A DNA stretch of 64,000 nt from Parcubacteria group bacterium Greene0714_7. GTDB lineage: Bacteria; Patescibacteriota; Minisyncoccia; Phycocordibacterales; Phycocordibacteraceae. How positions within the stretch are numbered: the stretch's first letter is position 1; the number at the start of each line of letters is the position of its first letter. The DNA lies in the NCBI GenBank assembly GCA_007378985.1, contig VMHB01000001.1:192252-256251 (forward strand), given 5' to 3'. This document shows positions 54,319-64,000 of this stretch, one piece after another. The notes beneath the pieces were generated by a model. That model was given only the letters and a program-made list of their open reading frames with translations, was not told the origin of the DNA and did no database searches. A program made the position numbers and the translations under genes.

Positions 54319-56298
54319 TCACCAAACTTTTGCACGTTTGTTTTTAGGACGATACAAAGCATCCTCTTTTTGGACTTTAAATGCAGAGTAGAACTCTTCA
54401 AAATTTGAAACGGGACCATTTACACGGCATGGCGCTGGAGAATGGGGGTCAGTGAGTGCTGCCATTTTCAAAAATTCTGGACGCGCAATTTCTCGCTCTG
54501 CCTGAGCAAACCCTAAGAAAAACCGTTGTTCAGGAGTGAGTCCATCAATATTTTTTCTGCCAGTTACTCTGAGACGTTTTTGATACGCATCGTATGCGAT
54601 GGAGAGTCCTCCAAGGTCGGCTATGTTTTCTCCCAAGGTTAATTTTCCATTTACCTGCACACCCGCTGCCGCTTCGTACTGGTCGAATTGTTTAGCAATA
54701 AGCGATGCTCTTTTAGCAAATTGCTTTTCATCCTTTTTTGTCCACCAACTTTTCATGTTGCCGTTTCCATCAAACTTTGAACCCTGATCATCAAAACCAT
54801 GTGTCATTTCATGCCCTATGACCGCGCCAATGCCCGCATAGTTTATTGCGTCATCTGCATTTTCATCAAAAAATGGTGCCTGAAGAATGGCAGCAGGGAA
54901 AACAATTTCATTTAAATTAAAACTGCAGTATGCGTTTACTGTCTGCGGAGTCATAAACCATTCTTTACGGTCAACGGGGCGACTCAGCTTCCGTACTTCA
55001 CGATTATGAGCTTGTTCATGAGCGCGAATAATGTTTCCAAAGTAGTCGGTCGGGTCTACTTTGAGTCCTCTATACGTTCTGAAACGTTTTGGGTACCCAA
55101 TTTTGCGGTTCATTTTTCGAAGTTTCAGAATTGCTTTCTTTTTTGTTTGTGCACTCATCCAATCAAGGGCACGAATTCTGTCTTCATATACAATAAAAAG
55201 ATCGCTAACGAGTGCATACATTCTTTTCTTTGCCGATTGTGGAAAATAGCGCTCAACATAGAGTTTCCCGAGCGCTTCTCCAATTGTTCCATTCACAGTG
55301 CCGAGCGCACGGCGCCAGAGTGGTTTCATTTTCTTTGCTCCACTGAGTACTGTGCCGTAGAAAGCAAAGTTCTCTTTCACAAATTTTTCTGAAAGTAGTG
55401 ACGCCGTATCGTTTATGAGGTGCCACGAGAAGTATGTTTTCCAGTCATCTATAGAGATAGTTTCAAGCATTCGAGAAATTTCTTTAAAGAAGTTTGGTGT
55501 GGCCACAATAACTGTCGAAACATTTTTAATGCCTGAATTTTTAAAGTAATGCTTCCAATTAATGCTCGGAGAGAGATAACCGAGAGAGGAAAGGTTCATT
55601 TTGTTGTAGGTCTTTTCAACATCACGGGTATCTTCTTTATTCATTGATGCGCGCGCGAGACGAGTTTCTATTTCTAGTACCACACGAGAAATATGAGCTC
55701 GTTCTTCAGCTGTTTTTCCATGAAGCTTTAGAAGGGCATCAATGTGTGCAAGATATGCACCCCGAACACGCTTCTGCTCCGCTTCATTTTTAAGGTAATA
55801 ATCACGCTCAGGCATACCCAAGCCTCCTTGATACAAATGCAGTATGTATGAGTCACTCTTTTTTGAATCCTGATCTACCGAGCTATTCCATAGAGCTGAA
55901 ATACCGACGCGGTGTGCTTTGGTAATGTAATTGAGTAAATCTTTAGTATTGGAGATATCTTCAACTACTCTCTGCCATTTGATTATTGGTGTGGTGTCGA
56001 GCTTGTTTCGGAGTGGCATATCAACGGCTGACCTATATAGGTCCCTGACAAGCTTTTCTGGACCCTCCTTAATTCTTGATGCTTTCAGAAGTTCATTTAG
56101 GAGCGTGTGCTGTTGATAGTCTGTTTTATGTCGAAGCATAATAAAACTTCCCCAACGAGATTCATCGGAGGGGAGTTTTGTCTTTTTTATCCATCCACCG
56201 TTCGCAAACAAAAAGAAATCATCCTGAGGACGCACTGAAGAATCAATTGTCTTAGGGTTAAAACCCCAGCCAGTCTTTTTTCCCTTTACGGTGTTCAT
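54319..56298 (-). CDS. M13 family zinc metallopeptidase (PepO/neprilysin-like)
   Basis: HEXXH (VIGHEMTHGFD), the ENIAD motif, and the typical length of about 660 aa. Confidence 0.85.
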   Translation of the reverse strand: MNTVKGKKTGWGFNPKTIDSSVRPQDDFFLFANGGWIKKTKLPSDESRWGSFIMLRHKTDYQQHTLLNELLKASRIKEGPEKLVRDLYRSAVDMPLRNKLDTTPIIKWQRVVEDISNTKDLLNYITKAHRVGISALWNSSVDQDSKKSDSYILHLYQGGLGMPERDYYLKNEAEQKRVRGAYLAHIDALLKLHGKTAEERAHISRVVLEIETRLARASMNKEDTRDVEKTYNKMNLSSLGYLSPSINWKHYFKNSGIKNVSTVIVATPNFFKEISRMLETISIDDWKTYFSWHLINDTASLLSEKFVKENFAFYGTVLSGAKKMKPLWRRALGTVNGTIGEALGKLYVERYFPQSAKKRMYALVSDLFIVYEDRIRALDWMSAQTKKKAILKLRKMNRKIGYPKRFRTYRGLKVDPTDYFGNIIRAHEQAHNREVRKLSRPVDRKEWFMTPQTVNAYCSFNLNEIVFPAAILQAPFFDENADDAINYAGIGAVIGHEMTHGFDDQGSKFDGNGNMKSWWTKKDEKQFAKRASLIAKQFDQYEAAAGVQVNGKLTLGENIADLGGLSIAYDAYQKRLRVTGRKNIDGLTPEQRFFLGFAQAEREIARPEFLKMAALTDPHSPAPCRVNGPVSNFEEFYSAFKVQKEDALYRPKNKRAKVW

Positions 56299-56345
56299 TC
56301 AGAGGATGATACCGTACCCTTAAGAAAATTGGTAAGATACCACCT

Positions 56346-58253
56346 ATGACCGTAAACGAACTGCGATCCAAATATCTTGAATTTTTTAGGCAAAGAGGGC
56401 ACCGGGTAATTCCTTCGGTTTCACTAGTGCCTGAGAATGACCCAACCACCCTGTTCGTTTCTTCGGGTATGCAACCTTTGTTGCCGTACTTTTTGGGAAT
56501 TCCACATCCGATGGGTAGCCGTGTTACTAACTCGCAGAAATCTCTCCGCACACAAGACATTGAAGAGGTAGGCGACAACCGCCATACGACGTTTTTTGAG
56601 ATGCTCGGTAATTGGTCTTTTGGAGATTACTTCAAGGCAGAACAATTGCCATGGTTTTTTGAATTTTTAACTGATGTGGTGGGGCTCGACCCGGCACGTT
56701 TGTATGTAACTACATTCATCGGAGACGAAAGTTTAGGAATCCCACGGGATACCGGGTCGGCAGAGATTTGGAAGAAACTTTTTAGCTCGAAGGGGGTAGA
56801 GGCAAAAGATGTTGCTTTAGGCTCCGAAGAAAACGGTGGAACCAAAGGTATGCAGGGTGGGCGTATTTTTTACTACGACGCAAAGAAAAACTGGTGGAGC
56901 CGCGCCGGAGCCCCGTCTCTCATGCCAGCGGGCGAGCCTGGTGGTCCTGACTCTGAAGTCTTTTATGACTTTGATCCAACAGGGGTAATGCACGACGTGA
57001 AATTTGGGAAAGAGTGTCACCCTAATTGTGATTGCGGAAGATTCATGGAAATAGGCAATTCTGTTTTCATGGAGTACATCAAGAAAGAGGATGGCAGTTT
57101 CGAACCTCTTCCCAATAAAAATGTGGATTTTGGTGGGGGGTTAGAACGCATTGCAGCAGCTCGTGAAGGGGGTGGTGACGTGTTTCTTTTGGATGCGTTT
57201 ACTCCGCTTATTTCCGTCCTTGAAAAAGCAGGCACAAAAAAATACAAAGAGGCAACAAAATCATTTCGTGTCGTGTTAGATCACATTCGTGCTGCGACAT
57301 TCATGCTTGGCGATGGAGTCACCCCTTCAAATACTGAGCGAGGGTACATTGCACGCCGGCTCATTCGTCGTGCGGTGCGTCATGTTGATGTACTCGGCGC
57401 ACCACAGGGAACCCTCGCTCTACTCGCTACTGCCGTTATTGAGTATTTCAAAGAGCATTATCCCGAACTCAAATCAGCTGAAACGATAATCCAAGAAAAT
57501 ATTAATATCGAGGAAGATAAATTCCGGAAAACTTTAACGCAAGGCATGCGAGAATTTGAGAAACTCTCGAAAGAGGGACCACTTCGTGGAGAAGATGCAT
57601 TTACACTCTTTACAACCTTCGGATTTCCTTTTGAAGTTACAGAAGAACTAGCAAAAGAGAGAGGTCTAGCTTTTGATAGTGCTGGTTTCAAGCAAAAAAT
57701 GGAGGAACATCAAAAACTTTCTCGTGCTGGTGCGGCACAAAAATTTGCAGGAGGTTTGGCGGATCATTCAGAGCAAACAGTTCGTTATCACACCACGCAT
57801 CACATCCTTCTAAAAGCTTTGCAAGTAGTCCTGGGTCCTGAAGTGCATCAGCGAGGATCAAATATCACCTCCGAGAGACTCCGTATCGACTTTTCGTACC
57901 CAACCAAAATGACACCAGAGCAAAAAGCGGAAGTGGAAAAAATTGTGAACGAAAAAATAGCAGAAAAGCTTCCTGTTATGCGTACCGTTATGCCAAAGGG
58001 AGAAGCTGAGAAATTTGGAGCGGAGCACGAGTTTGGCGTGAAATATCCTGAAATGGTATCTGTTTACTCTGTAGGACCAAAGGGAGCGGTTGAAGGTAAT
58101 CCGCAAATTGAGAGCGCATTCTCAATAGAGTTTTGCGGAGGTCCTCATGTAAACAACACACAAGAAATTGGCGACAACGGCAGAATCTTTAAAATTCAAA
58201 AAGAAGAAGCGGTAGCATCAGGAGTTCGAAGAATAAAAGCGGTGTTAGTGTAA
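56346..58253 (+). CDS. alaS: Alanyl-tRNA synthetase, short form (catalytic, tRNA-recognition and editing-core domains, 635 aa)
   Basis: Class II AlaRS N-terminal motifs (FFRQRGHRVIPSVSLVPENDPTTLFVSSGMQP, NVDFGGGLERI) and an HxxxH...CGGPH editing site. Confidence 0.85.
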   Translation: MTVNELRSKYLEFFRQRGHRVIPSVSLVPENDPTTLFVSSGMQPLLPYFLGIPHPMGSRVTNSQKSLRTQDIEEVGDNRHTTFFEMLGNWSFGDYFKAEQLPWFFEFLTDVVGLDPARLYVTTFIGDESLGIPRDTGSAEIWKKLFSSKGVEAKDVALGSEENGGTKGMQGGRIFYYDAKKNWWSRAGAPSLMPAGEPGGPDSEVFYDFDPTGVMHDVKFGKECHPNCDCGRFMEIGNSVFMEYIKKEDGSFEPLPNKNVDFGGGLERIAAAREGGGDVFLLDAFTPLISVLEKAGTKKYKEATKSFRVVLDHIRAATFMLGDGVTPSNTERGYIARRLIRRAVRHVDVLGAPQGTLALLATAVIEYFKEHYPELKSAETIIQENINIEEDKFRKTLTQGMREFEKLSKEGPLRGEDAFTLFTTFGFPFEVTEELAKERGLAFDSAGFKQKMEEHQKLSRAGAAQKFAGGLADHSEQTVRYHTTHHILLKALQVVLGPEVHQRGSNITSERLRIDFSYPTKMTPEQKAEVEKIVNEKIAEKLPVMRTVMPKGEAEKFGAEHEFGVKYPEMVSVYSVGPKGAVEGNPQIESAFSIEFCGGPHVNNTQEIGDNGRIFKIQKEEAVASGVRRIKAVLV

Positions 58254-58258
58254 GGGGA

Positions 58259-58287
58259 TTGACTTACTGTATCAACTAATGTATAAT
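58259..58287 (+). promoter_or_regulatory. Sigma-70-like promoter (TTGACT-N17-TATAAT). The expected start site coincides with an ATG, giving a leaderless mRNA.
   Basis: The -10 box ends 6 nt before the ATG at 58294. Confidence 0.5.
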
Positions 58288-58293
58288 ATATCT

Positions 58294-58464
58294 ATGAGTG
58301 AAAGACCAGCGAGCGCATCAAGACAAGAAACTCAAAGAGCTCTGAGAGAAGACTCGCTATTTGAGGAGTTTTTGCAAGATATAGGAGTTACTGATTGGAA
58401 TAGAATTCTTAAAATCGATGCCGAGAAATTAGTTGACCGACTTTTTGGTGTTGATAAAAAATAG
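58294..58464 (+). CDS. Small hypothetical protein (56 aa), probably translated from a leaderless transcript
   Basis: The ORF is MSERPASASRQETQRALREDSLFEEF... The ORF-track start at 58279 lies inside the promoter spacer, so the start is moved. Confidence 0.3.
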   Translation: MSERPASASRQETQRALREDSLFEEFLQDIGVTDWNRILKIDAEKLVDRLFGVDKK

Positions 58465-58514
58465 AAGTTTTTTTAAGCTAAGGCTTCATTTCATAGGTTA
58501 CAATAATCTGTGAA

Positions 58515-59630
58515 ATGAAAAAGAGTAGAACTGAGTTAATTTTAGATATCGGCAGTGCTTCTGTTGGAGCATGTGTGGCAACTTTTACAAAAGGCGAAAA
58601 AATAGTAATGCACCACTCTGAGAGGGTTGCCATTCAAAATGATTCAGGAGATGCAGTTGGTGGTATTCAAACACTAACTCTTCAGGCATTAAAGAAAGCT
58701 CTTGACACGGTGGCACGTACTACGCACCTAGATCTAGTGCATGTTGTTTTTGCTGCTCCTTGGTATGCGTCAGAGATAAAGGTTGTACTCTCAGAATCTA
58801 AAAAACCTTTAAAAATTACACAGGCAACAGTGTCGCATGCTTTGAAAACAGAGCGTTTAGAAAATTCAAGAAATCGTCGCACAGGGCGTCATCCACTTGA
58901 GTCGGTGGTTAGTCAAATATATGTTAATGGATACCTCACCACTTTGGATTCTGCAGTTCAAGGGACTGAACTAAAAGTGCATTTGTACGAAAGTGAAGCC
59001 GATTCTGCTTTTGTACAAGGAGTCACCGAGCTTATTAAGAGTGCTTTCCCGCACATTCACATTAGTTTTCAAACGTTCCCTTTTATAGCATTTTCCATGC
59101 TCCAAGCCACCCGCGAAGAAGAAAATTTTATGGTTCTCGATATCGGAGGTGAAATAACTGATTGTCTCATTGGTGATAGGGGGGCTCTTTCTTTTATGAG
59201 TTCATTCCCAAAAGGTACACGCTCATTTGTTCGTGAGATTGCAGGTGCAGGAAGTATTACCGACGCACTGTCCAGGCTTACATTATTCGCACGAGGAGAG
59301 CTGAGTCCGGAGCAGACAGAAGCTTTTTCAAAGGTTTTTAGAGATGCGAGTGCTTCATGGATTAAAGGCTACGAGCGTGTTATTGAATTAGCTCGTGAGA
59401 GTACCCCAGTTCCTCGGACGATATTCTTAATGGCCGATAAAGAGGCGTTGCCGTGGTTTGAGAAGATTTTTTCACTGGGGATTCCGAATTCTGTAGTAAA
59501 TACAATCTTAGTCACACCTAATTTTTTTGAAAAATATATCACACTTGGAAAAGATACAATTCACGACCCATTTCTTTCTGTCGAGGCTCTTTTTGCAAGT
59601 GTGAATGATGGCGAGATATCCAAAATCTAG
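58515..59630 (+). CDS. Actin-fold ATPase (FtsA/PilM-like)
   Basis: Phosphate-1-like ILDIGSASVG and phosphate-2-like MVLDIGGEITDC motifs with actin-like spacing. Confidence 0.45.
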   Translation: MKKSRTELILDIGSASVGACVATFTKGEKIVMHHSERVAIQNDSGDAVGGIQTLTLQALKKALDTVARTTHLDLVHVVFAAPWYASEIKVVLSESKKPLKITQATVSHALKTERLENSRNRRTGRHPLESVVSQIYVNGYLTTLDSAVQGTELKVHLYESEADSAFVQGVTELIKSAFPHIHISFQTFPFIAFSMLQATREEENFMVLDIGGEITDCLIGDRGALSFMSSFPKGTRSFVREIAGAGSITDALSRLTLFARGELSPEQTEAFSKVFRDASASWIKGYERVIELARESTPVPRTIFLMADKEALPWFEKIFSLGIPNSVVNTILVTPNFFEKYITLGKDTIHDPFLSVEALFASVNDGEISKI

Positions 59631-59706
59631 TTCCTGCTCATTTTGTACACAGGTATAGCAATAAGGGGAGATTGGGTTTGCGTGAAAGAGGGGTATACTT
59701 TACGGA

Positions 59707-60984
59707 ATGGATCAGCATCGCAGCATTCAAGATATTATTCCACCTGCCCGTTCAAAGCCTATAAGAAGTTCTATGCCTGGAACTTCAGAAACTACACCAC
59801 CACCACGATCAACACCACCAAAAAGCATGCCTGTTAATCCTAAACGACCAAGTGGCTTCTTCGGATTCGCTGTCGTGGCGGGAATTGTTGCGGTACTGCT
59901 CGTTGTCGGTGTTGTAGTCATTAGTACGGTTTTCTACCGAGCATATATTACTGTGACCCCAGTCTCTTTCAGCGTCCCTGTACAAGCTTCTTTCGAGGCA
60001 TCTCTTACGAGTACAGAACTTCCATATCAAAAAATTGCCGTTTCTGATACCGCGTCTAAGAGTGTGCCTGCTACAGGAACACAGCATGTTGAAAATCATT
60101 CTTCGGGAACGATTACTATCTACAATGCGTATACTGCGACACCCCAGCGTCTCATTACAAATACTCGTTTTGCAACAAAAGATGGGCTAGTTTTCCGAGT
60201 GCATGCGCCAGTTGTAATCCCTGGTTACACAATGAAGGCCGGTATTAAGGTACCAGGCTCTGTAGATGTCCTTGTATATGCTGATGAAGCAGGAGAGAAA
60301 TACAATATCAGTCCTACCGACTTCACTATCCCCGGCCTTAAGGCATCTAAGCAATACACTCTTATATATGCGAAATCAAAAGGATCTACAACGGGAGGAT
60401 TTATAGGCGAACAGGCCGTTGTAGACTCAACTGTTCGTTCGGAAACTGTTGCAGGTTTAAAGGCAGAAGTTGAACGCTCTCTTCGTGCAAAGATGCTCGT
60501 GGCACTGCCCGCAGGGACATTGGTTTTTAATGACTCTGTTTCCATCATCTATGTAGAAGCTCCTGACGCTGTTGATGGTAGTAATGCAGTAATCTCTATT
60601 TCTGGCACGGCTTCGGCACCGGCGGTCAATGAAAATGCACTGGCTCGTTCAATCGCCACTACAGGGCAAGTTTCGTACGATGGGTTATTGGGCATTGCAA
60701 ATCCTAATGATTTCCGTGTTGTAGTGGATGTTCCTGAGTCGTTAGGCACAGATACGCCTATACACCTGAATGTTTCTGGGACGGCAAAATTGGTTGCACT
60801 TTTCGATATTAACGCTCTAACTAAAGATCTTACGGGTATACAAAAAAAGGACATAAAGGTTGTTTTGCCTAACTATCCATCGATTTCAAACATCGATGTC
60901 AAGGTATATCCTTTCTGGAGAGGGGGCATGCCTAATGACCCAAAGAAGCTCAAAATAACAGTGTCCGAGACATCCACAAACTAA
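59707..60984 (+). CDS. Hypothetical single-pass membrane protein with a Pro-rich N-terminal tail and a large extracytoplasmic domain
   Basis: A Pro/Ser/Thr-rich cytoplasmic tail, one transmembrane helix (FFGFAVVAGIVAVLLVVGVVVI), then a soluble domain. Confidence 0.45.
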   Translation: MDQHRSIQDIIPPARSKPIRSSMPGTSETTPPPRSTPPKSMPVNPKRPSGFFGFAVVAGIVAVLLVVGVVVISTVFYRAYITVTPVSFSVPVQASFEASLTSTELPYQKIAVSDTASKSVPATGTQHVENHSSGTITIYNAYTATPQRLITNTRFATKDGLVFRVHAPVVIPGYTMKAGIKVPGSVDVLVYADEAGEKYNISPTDFTIPGLKASKQYTLIYAKSKGSTTGGFIGEQAVVDSTVRSETVAGLKAEVERSLRAKMLVALPAGTLVFNDSVSIIYVEAPDAVDGSNAVISISGTASAPAVNENALARSIATTGQVSYDGLLGIANPNDFRVVVDVPESLGTDTPIHLNVSGTAKLVALFDINALTKDLTGIQKKDIKVVLPNYPSISNIDVKVYPFWRGGMPNDPKKLKITVSETSTN

Positions 60985-61000
60985 CCTGTGAGTTCTTCTT

Positions 61001-61137
61001 GACCCCGTTGTAGATGTTGGTGATATTCAATTAATGATTTAAAAAACGTTGAAAAACATGATTAAAATGAACTCGCTCACTTTGCAAAAACTATCTCAAG
61101 TGGATAACTTTTCACCAACATTCACAACGGGGTTGAC
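61001..61137. repeat. 137-nt element bounded by 20-bp inverted repeats with GACCCC...ACGGGG ends. It is related to hairpin modules A-C, and its 3' arm overlaps the -35 of the infA operon promoter.
   Basis: GACCCCGTTGTAGATGTTGGTG ... CACCAACATTCACAACGGGGTTGAC. It shares CACAACGGGG with module C. TTGACG-N17-TACTAT follows. Confidence 0.45.
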
Positions 61138-61195
61138 GTCTGATACTTATTTCTGGTACTATAGCTAAGTCCAATTCAGATACTGATTCGCTCAA

Positions 61196-61414
61196 ATGGT
61201 ACGCACGAAAGACACTGAGGAAAAGCTTGGTACAGTTACCGAGTCACTCCCAAATGCTCTATTTCGAGTAATCCTTGAAGGCGGAGAGGAAGAGATGCTT
61301 GCATATCTTGCAGGTAAAATGAGACTCCATCGCATTCGCGTGTTGGTGGGGGATCGCGTTTCTCTTGTTCTGGATCCGTACGGCGGACGTGCACGAATAG
61401 TGCGACGTCTATAA
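61196..61414 (+). CDS. infA: Translation initiation factor IF-1
   Basis: S1-like OB fold ([26 protein letters not shown]). Confidence 0.9.
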   Translation: MVRTKDTEEKLGTVTESLPNALFRVILEGGEEEMLAYLAGKMRLHRIRVLVGDRVSLVLDPYGGRARIVRRL

Positions 61415-61438
61415 TTTTTTACACACACATGAAGGTTC

Positions 61439-61555
61439 TAGCATCCGTAAAGAAGCAGCAAGCAGGCGATATTCTCGTCCGCAGGCGTGGTCGCTTGTAC
61501 CGGATCAACAAGAAGAACCCTCGTCGTAAAGCTCGCCAAGGATAAGCGTTTCAAA
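61439..61555 (+). CDS. rpmJ: Ribosomal protein L36, Cys-less variant (38 aa, below the ORF-track threshold)
   Basis: [38 protein letters not shown], located between infA and rpsM. Confidence 0.8.
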
Positions 61556-61591
61556 ATAAATTCAATCTACTAAAAATATTCTCTATTAATT

Positions 61592-61972
61592 ATGCGTGTC
61601 GCTGGTATTACCATCCCTGATAACAAACATCTTTCTATCGCTCTTACTGCGGTGTATGGAGTTGGTCGGGTACGTGCAAGCACAATACTTGCAAGGGTTG
61701 GTGTTTCTGGCACAACGGTCGCAAAAGATCTTTCTCCTGAAAAAGAGTTAGAAATAAGAACACTCATTGAATCGTTTACTATTGAAGGAGATCTCAGAAG
61801 AGAAATTGGCGGTAACGTAAAACGCCTAAAAGATATCAAGGCATTTCGCGGTATTCGTCATCTTAAAAGCCTTCCTGCTCGAGGACAGCGCACCAAGACA
61901 AACTCACGAACTGTTCGTGGCAATGTCAGAAAGACCATGGGTTCAGGCCGTCGTAAACTAGAAAAAACATAA
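61592..61972 (+). CDS. rpsM: Ribosomal protein S13
   Basis: MRVAGITIPDNKHLSIALTAVYGVG. Confidence 0.95.
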   Translation: MRVAGITIPDNKHLSIALTAVYGVGRVRASTILARVGVSGTTVAKDLSPEKELEIRTLIESFTIEGDLRREIGGNVKRLKDIKAFRGIRHLKSLPARGQRTKTNSRTVRGNVRKTMGSGRRKLEKT

Positions 61973-61978
61973 AATATC

Positions 61979-62413
61979 ATGGGTAAAAGACGAATATTAA
62001 AGAAACAAGGTAGTGGTGTTGATTCCGGAAAGCGGGATCGCACTCTTTCAAAGATCTCGAAAAGACATATTGATCGAGCTATTTTGCATATTGAGTCAAC
62101 ATTCAATAACACTCGTGTCAGTCTTACTGATAAGGAGGGTGGCATGCTTATGTGGTCATCATCGGGATCTATGGGATTCACTGGGAATCGTAAATCAACT
62201 CCATTCGCTGCTGCAAAAGTCGGCGAAGTCATAGGAGAAAAATCTGTAACCATTGGTGTTAAGGAAGTAGAAGTGTTCATTAAGGGGGTTGGTTCTGGTC
62301 GCGAATCAGCACTCCGTGCTTTTGCTGGCAAAGGTATCCAGATCCTTGCTATCCACGACATAACGCCAGTTCCTCATAATGGTCCACGACCTTGTAAGCC
62401 TCGTCGCGTATAA
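61979..62413 (+). CDS. rpsK: Ribosomal protein S11
   Basis: AILHIESTFNNTRVSLTDKEG. Confidence 0.9.
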   Translation: MGKRRILKKQGSGVDSGKRDRTLSKISKRHIDRAILHIESTFNNTRVSLTDKEGGMLMWSSSGSMGFTGNRKSTPFAAAKVGEVIGEKSVTIGVKEVEVFIKGVGSGRESALRAFAGKGIQILAIHDITPVPHNGPRPCKPRRV

Positions 62414-62429
62414 TCAATAAATAATTTTT

Positions 62430-63038
62430 ATGATACTCGGACCTAGATACAAAATCTGTAAACGCCTTGGCTCTTCCATTTTTGAGAAGTGTCAGACACA
62501 AAGCTTCGCTCTTTCAAAGCAACGCTCTGATGCAAATAAGAAGAAGGGACGCCGAAATGTTTCTGACTATAATCGTCAGCTCATCGAGAAGCAGAAGCTT
62601 CGTCTTTTGTATGGTCTTACTGAAAAACAATTTTCTACGTATGTAGAAAAAGCGCTTGAAAGTAAAGCGAATCCACAGGCAACACTTTTCGGTTTCCTTG
62701 AAAGCAGGCTCGATTCGGTTGCGTATCGCATGGGTCTTGCTTCAACGCACCGCATGGCACGCCAAATGGTCTCTCATGGCCACCTCGTAGTGAATGGCAA
62801 GCGCGTTACCGTACCTTCATACCGTGTCTCTCCGGGAGACAGTATTACTATCCGCGTAGGAAGTAAGGATAGTGGTTTGTTCCAAACACTTGGCGAAAAA
62901 TTGAAAGAGGCTCGCACACCATCATGGATTTCTTTTGATCCAAGCGTTATGGAAGGGAAGTTGAAAACTACTCCGGTATTTTCTGATCAGGATACAGCCG
63001 TTGACATTGGTGCTGTGTTTGAATATTACACACGTTAA
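62430..63038 (+). CDS. rpsD: Ribosomal protein S4
   Basis: S4 N-terminal and S4-domain signature. Confidence 0.9.
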   Translation: MILGPRYKICKRLGSSIFEKCQTQSFALSKQRSDANKKKGRRNVSDYNRQLIEKQKLRLLYGLTEKQFSTYVEKALESKANPQATLFGFLESRLDSVAYRMGLASTHRMARQMVSHGHLVVNGKRVTVPSYRVSPGDSITIRVGSKDSGLFQTLGEKLKEARTPSWISFDPSVMEGKLKTTPVFSDQDTAVDIGAVFEYYTR

Positions 63039-63065
63039 TAATTAGCCAATAATCACTTAATCACT

Positions 63066-64000
63066 ATGGATTACTCCATTACATTGCCATCAAAGCCACG
63101 AATCGTTTCTGAGGAAGGAACTACCGGTATCTATGAAATCGATGGCTTGTACCCTGGCTACGGACATACACTCGGCAATTCACTTCGCCGAATTATTCTT
63201 TCTTCTATCCCAGGAGCTGCAATCACATCAGTGAAAATTGAGGGTGCATCGCATGAGTTTTCAACTATGGCAGGTGTCAAAGAGGACACTATTGGTGTTA
63301 TTTTGAACCTTAAAAAAGTTCGTATTCGCATCTTCGATAATCAACCACATACTCTCTCTATCAATGTAAAGGGTATAAAAACACTTACAGCAAAAGACAT
63401 CACTGTTCCTGGTCAGGTTGAAATATTAAATCCTGATCAACACATTGCTGAGCTCACTGATAAAAATGCACATTTTGAGTCTGAATTGATAGTAGACACA
63501 GGACTTGGTTACGTACCAAAAGAAATTACTCAGAAAGACCGAGTAGACATTGGCATGATTGCACTTGATGCAATATTTACACCAATTCGTCGTGTTAACT
63601 ACGAAGTTGAGAACATGCGTGTTGGTGATCGTACCGATTTCAATCGTTTGCGTATTGTTATTGAAACAGACGGCACTCTTTCACCAAGAGAAGCATTGGA
63701 GCGCTCTGTTGCAACAATGATTCAGCAGTTGAAAGCTGTCGTTGGTTTTAAAGAAGATGCTCCAGTACCTTCAGAGGCTGAGTCTGTTGCAATGGGTGAC
63801 GAAGCGAGAGAGGATGTCATGAAGACTCGTATTGAGTCACTTGAACTTTCAACAAGAACTGCAAACGCGCTTACTGGTGCTGGTATTCGTACACTTGGAG
63901 GACTCGCTCGAAAGACTCCTGAAGATATTCTTGCACTTGAAGGTATCGGAGAAAAAGCAGTTGAGGAAATAAAAGAAGCTCTCTCACATTTCGGTATTTC
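63066..64000 (+). CDS. rpoA: DNA-directed RNA polymerase alpha subunit (3' end lies outside the window)
   Basis: Alpha N-terminal domain motifs (GYGHTLGNSLRRILLSSIPGAA). Confidence 0.9.
   Translation, partial: MDYSITLPSKPRIVSEEGTTGIYEIDGLYPGYGHTLGNSLRRIILSSIPGAAITSVKIEGASHEFSTMAGVKEDTIGVILNLKKVRIRIFDNQPHTLSINVKGIKTLTAKDITVPGQVEILNPDQHIAELTDKNAHFESELIVDTGLGYVPKEITQKDRVDIGMIALDAIFTPIRRVNYEVENMRVGDRTDFNRLRIVIETDGTLSPREALERSVATMIQQLKAVVGFKEDAPVPSEAESVAMGDEAREDVMKTRIESLELSTRTANALTGAGIRTLGGLARKTPEDILALEGIGEKAVEEIKEALSHFGI

Overview
This is a 64-kb chromosomal segment of a small-genome bacterium, read by eye against the ORF track. GC is about 45% and the standard genetic code is used. Few genes have a Shine-Dalgarno sequence, and several promoters fit TTGACA-N17-TATAAT. 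Housekeeping genes dominate: class I ribonucleotide reductase (nrdA 3' end and nrdB), cysS, an FKBP, tgt, rarA, uvrB-uvrA-uvrC, ddl, pdxS/pdxT, prs, two-subunit ATP-citrate lyase (aclB-aclA), a tRNA cluster, the F1Fo ATP synthase operon (atpBEFHAGDC), an AbrB-regulated RND efflux pump, ychF, leuS, mnmA, ung, alaS and the infA-rpmJ-rpsM-rpsK-rpsD-rpoA operon. UvrC, AlaRS, ATPase delta and epsilon are unusually short, which suggests a streamlined lineage, possibly Patescibacteria-like, but that is not established. The most unusual signal is a family of GC-rich hairpin modules with conserved flanks (GACCCCAGT ... ACGGGGCAGG) placed just upstream of uvrB, atpG and leuS. Each sits inside a 33-35 codon upstream ORF whose first residues repeat the N-terminus of the downstream protein with synonymous codon changes, and whose stop overlaps or abuts the real start codon. 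Two longer relatives (137 nt inverted-repeat structures) lie upstream of infA and downstream of leuS. A second notable signal is two paralogous TrpR-like (YerC-family) regulators, each bracketed on both sides by its own long perfect palindrome sharing a CATATATG core, with a near-copy of one operator inside aclB. Other points of interest are a third family of 40-42 bp AT-rich near-palindromes, a 40-bp perfect palindrome with a promoter driving a mnmA / ATP-cone-Mrr nuclease / Cas4-like nuclease operon, an apparent frameshift in atpE, small ORFs inserted between atpG and atpD, a duplicated tRNA-Pro 3' end with a tRNA fragment, and an orphan HicA. No CRISPR array, rRNA or intact mobile element was seen.
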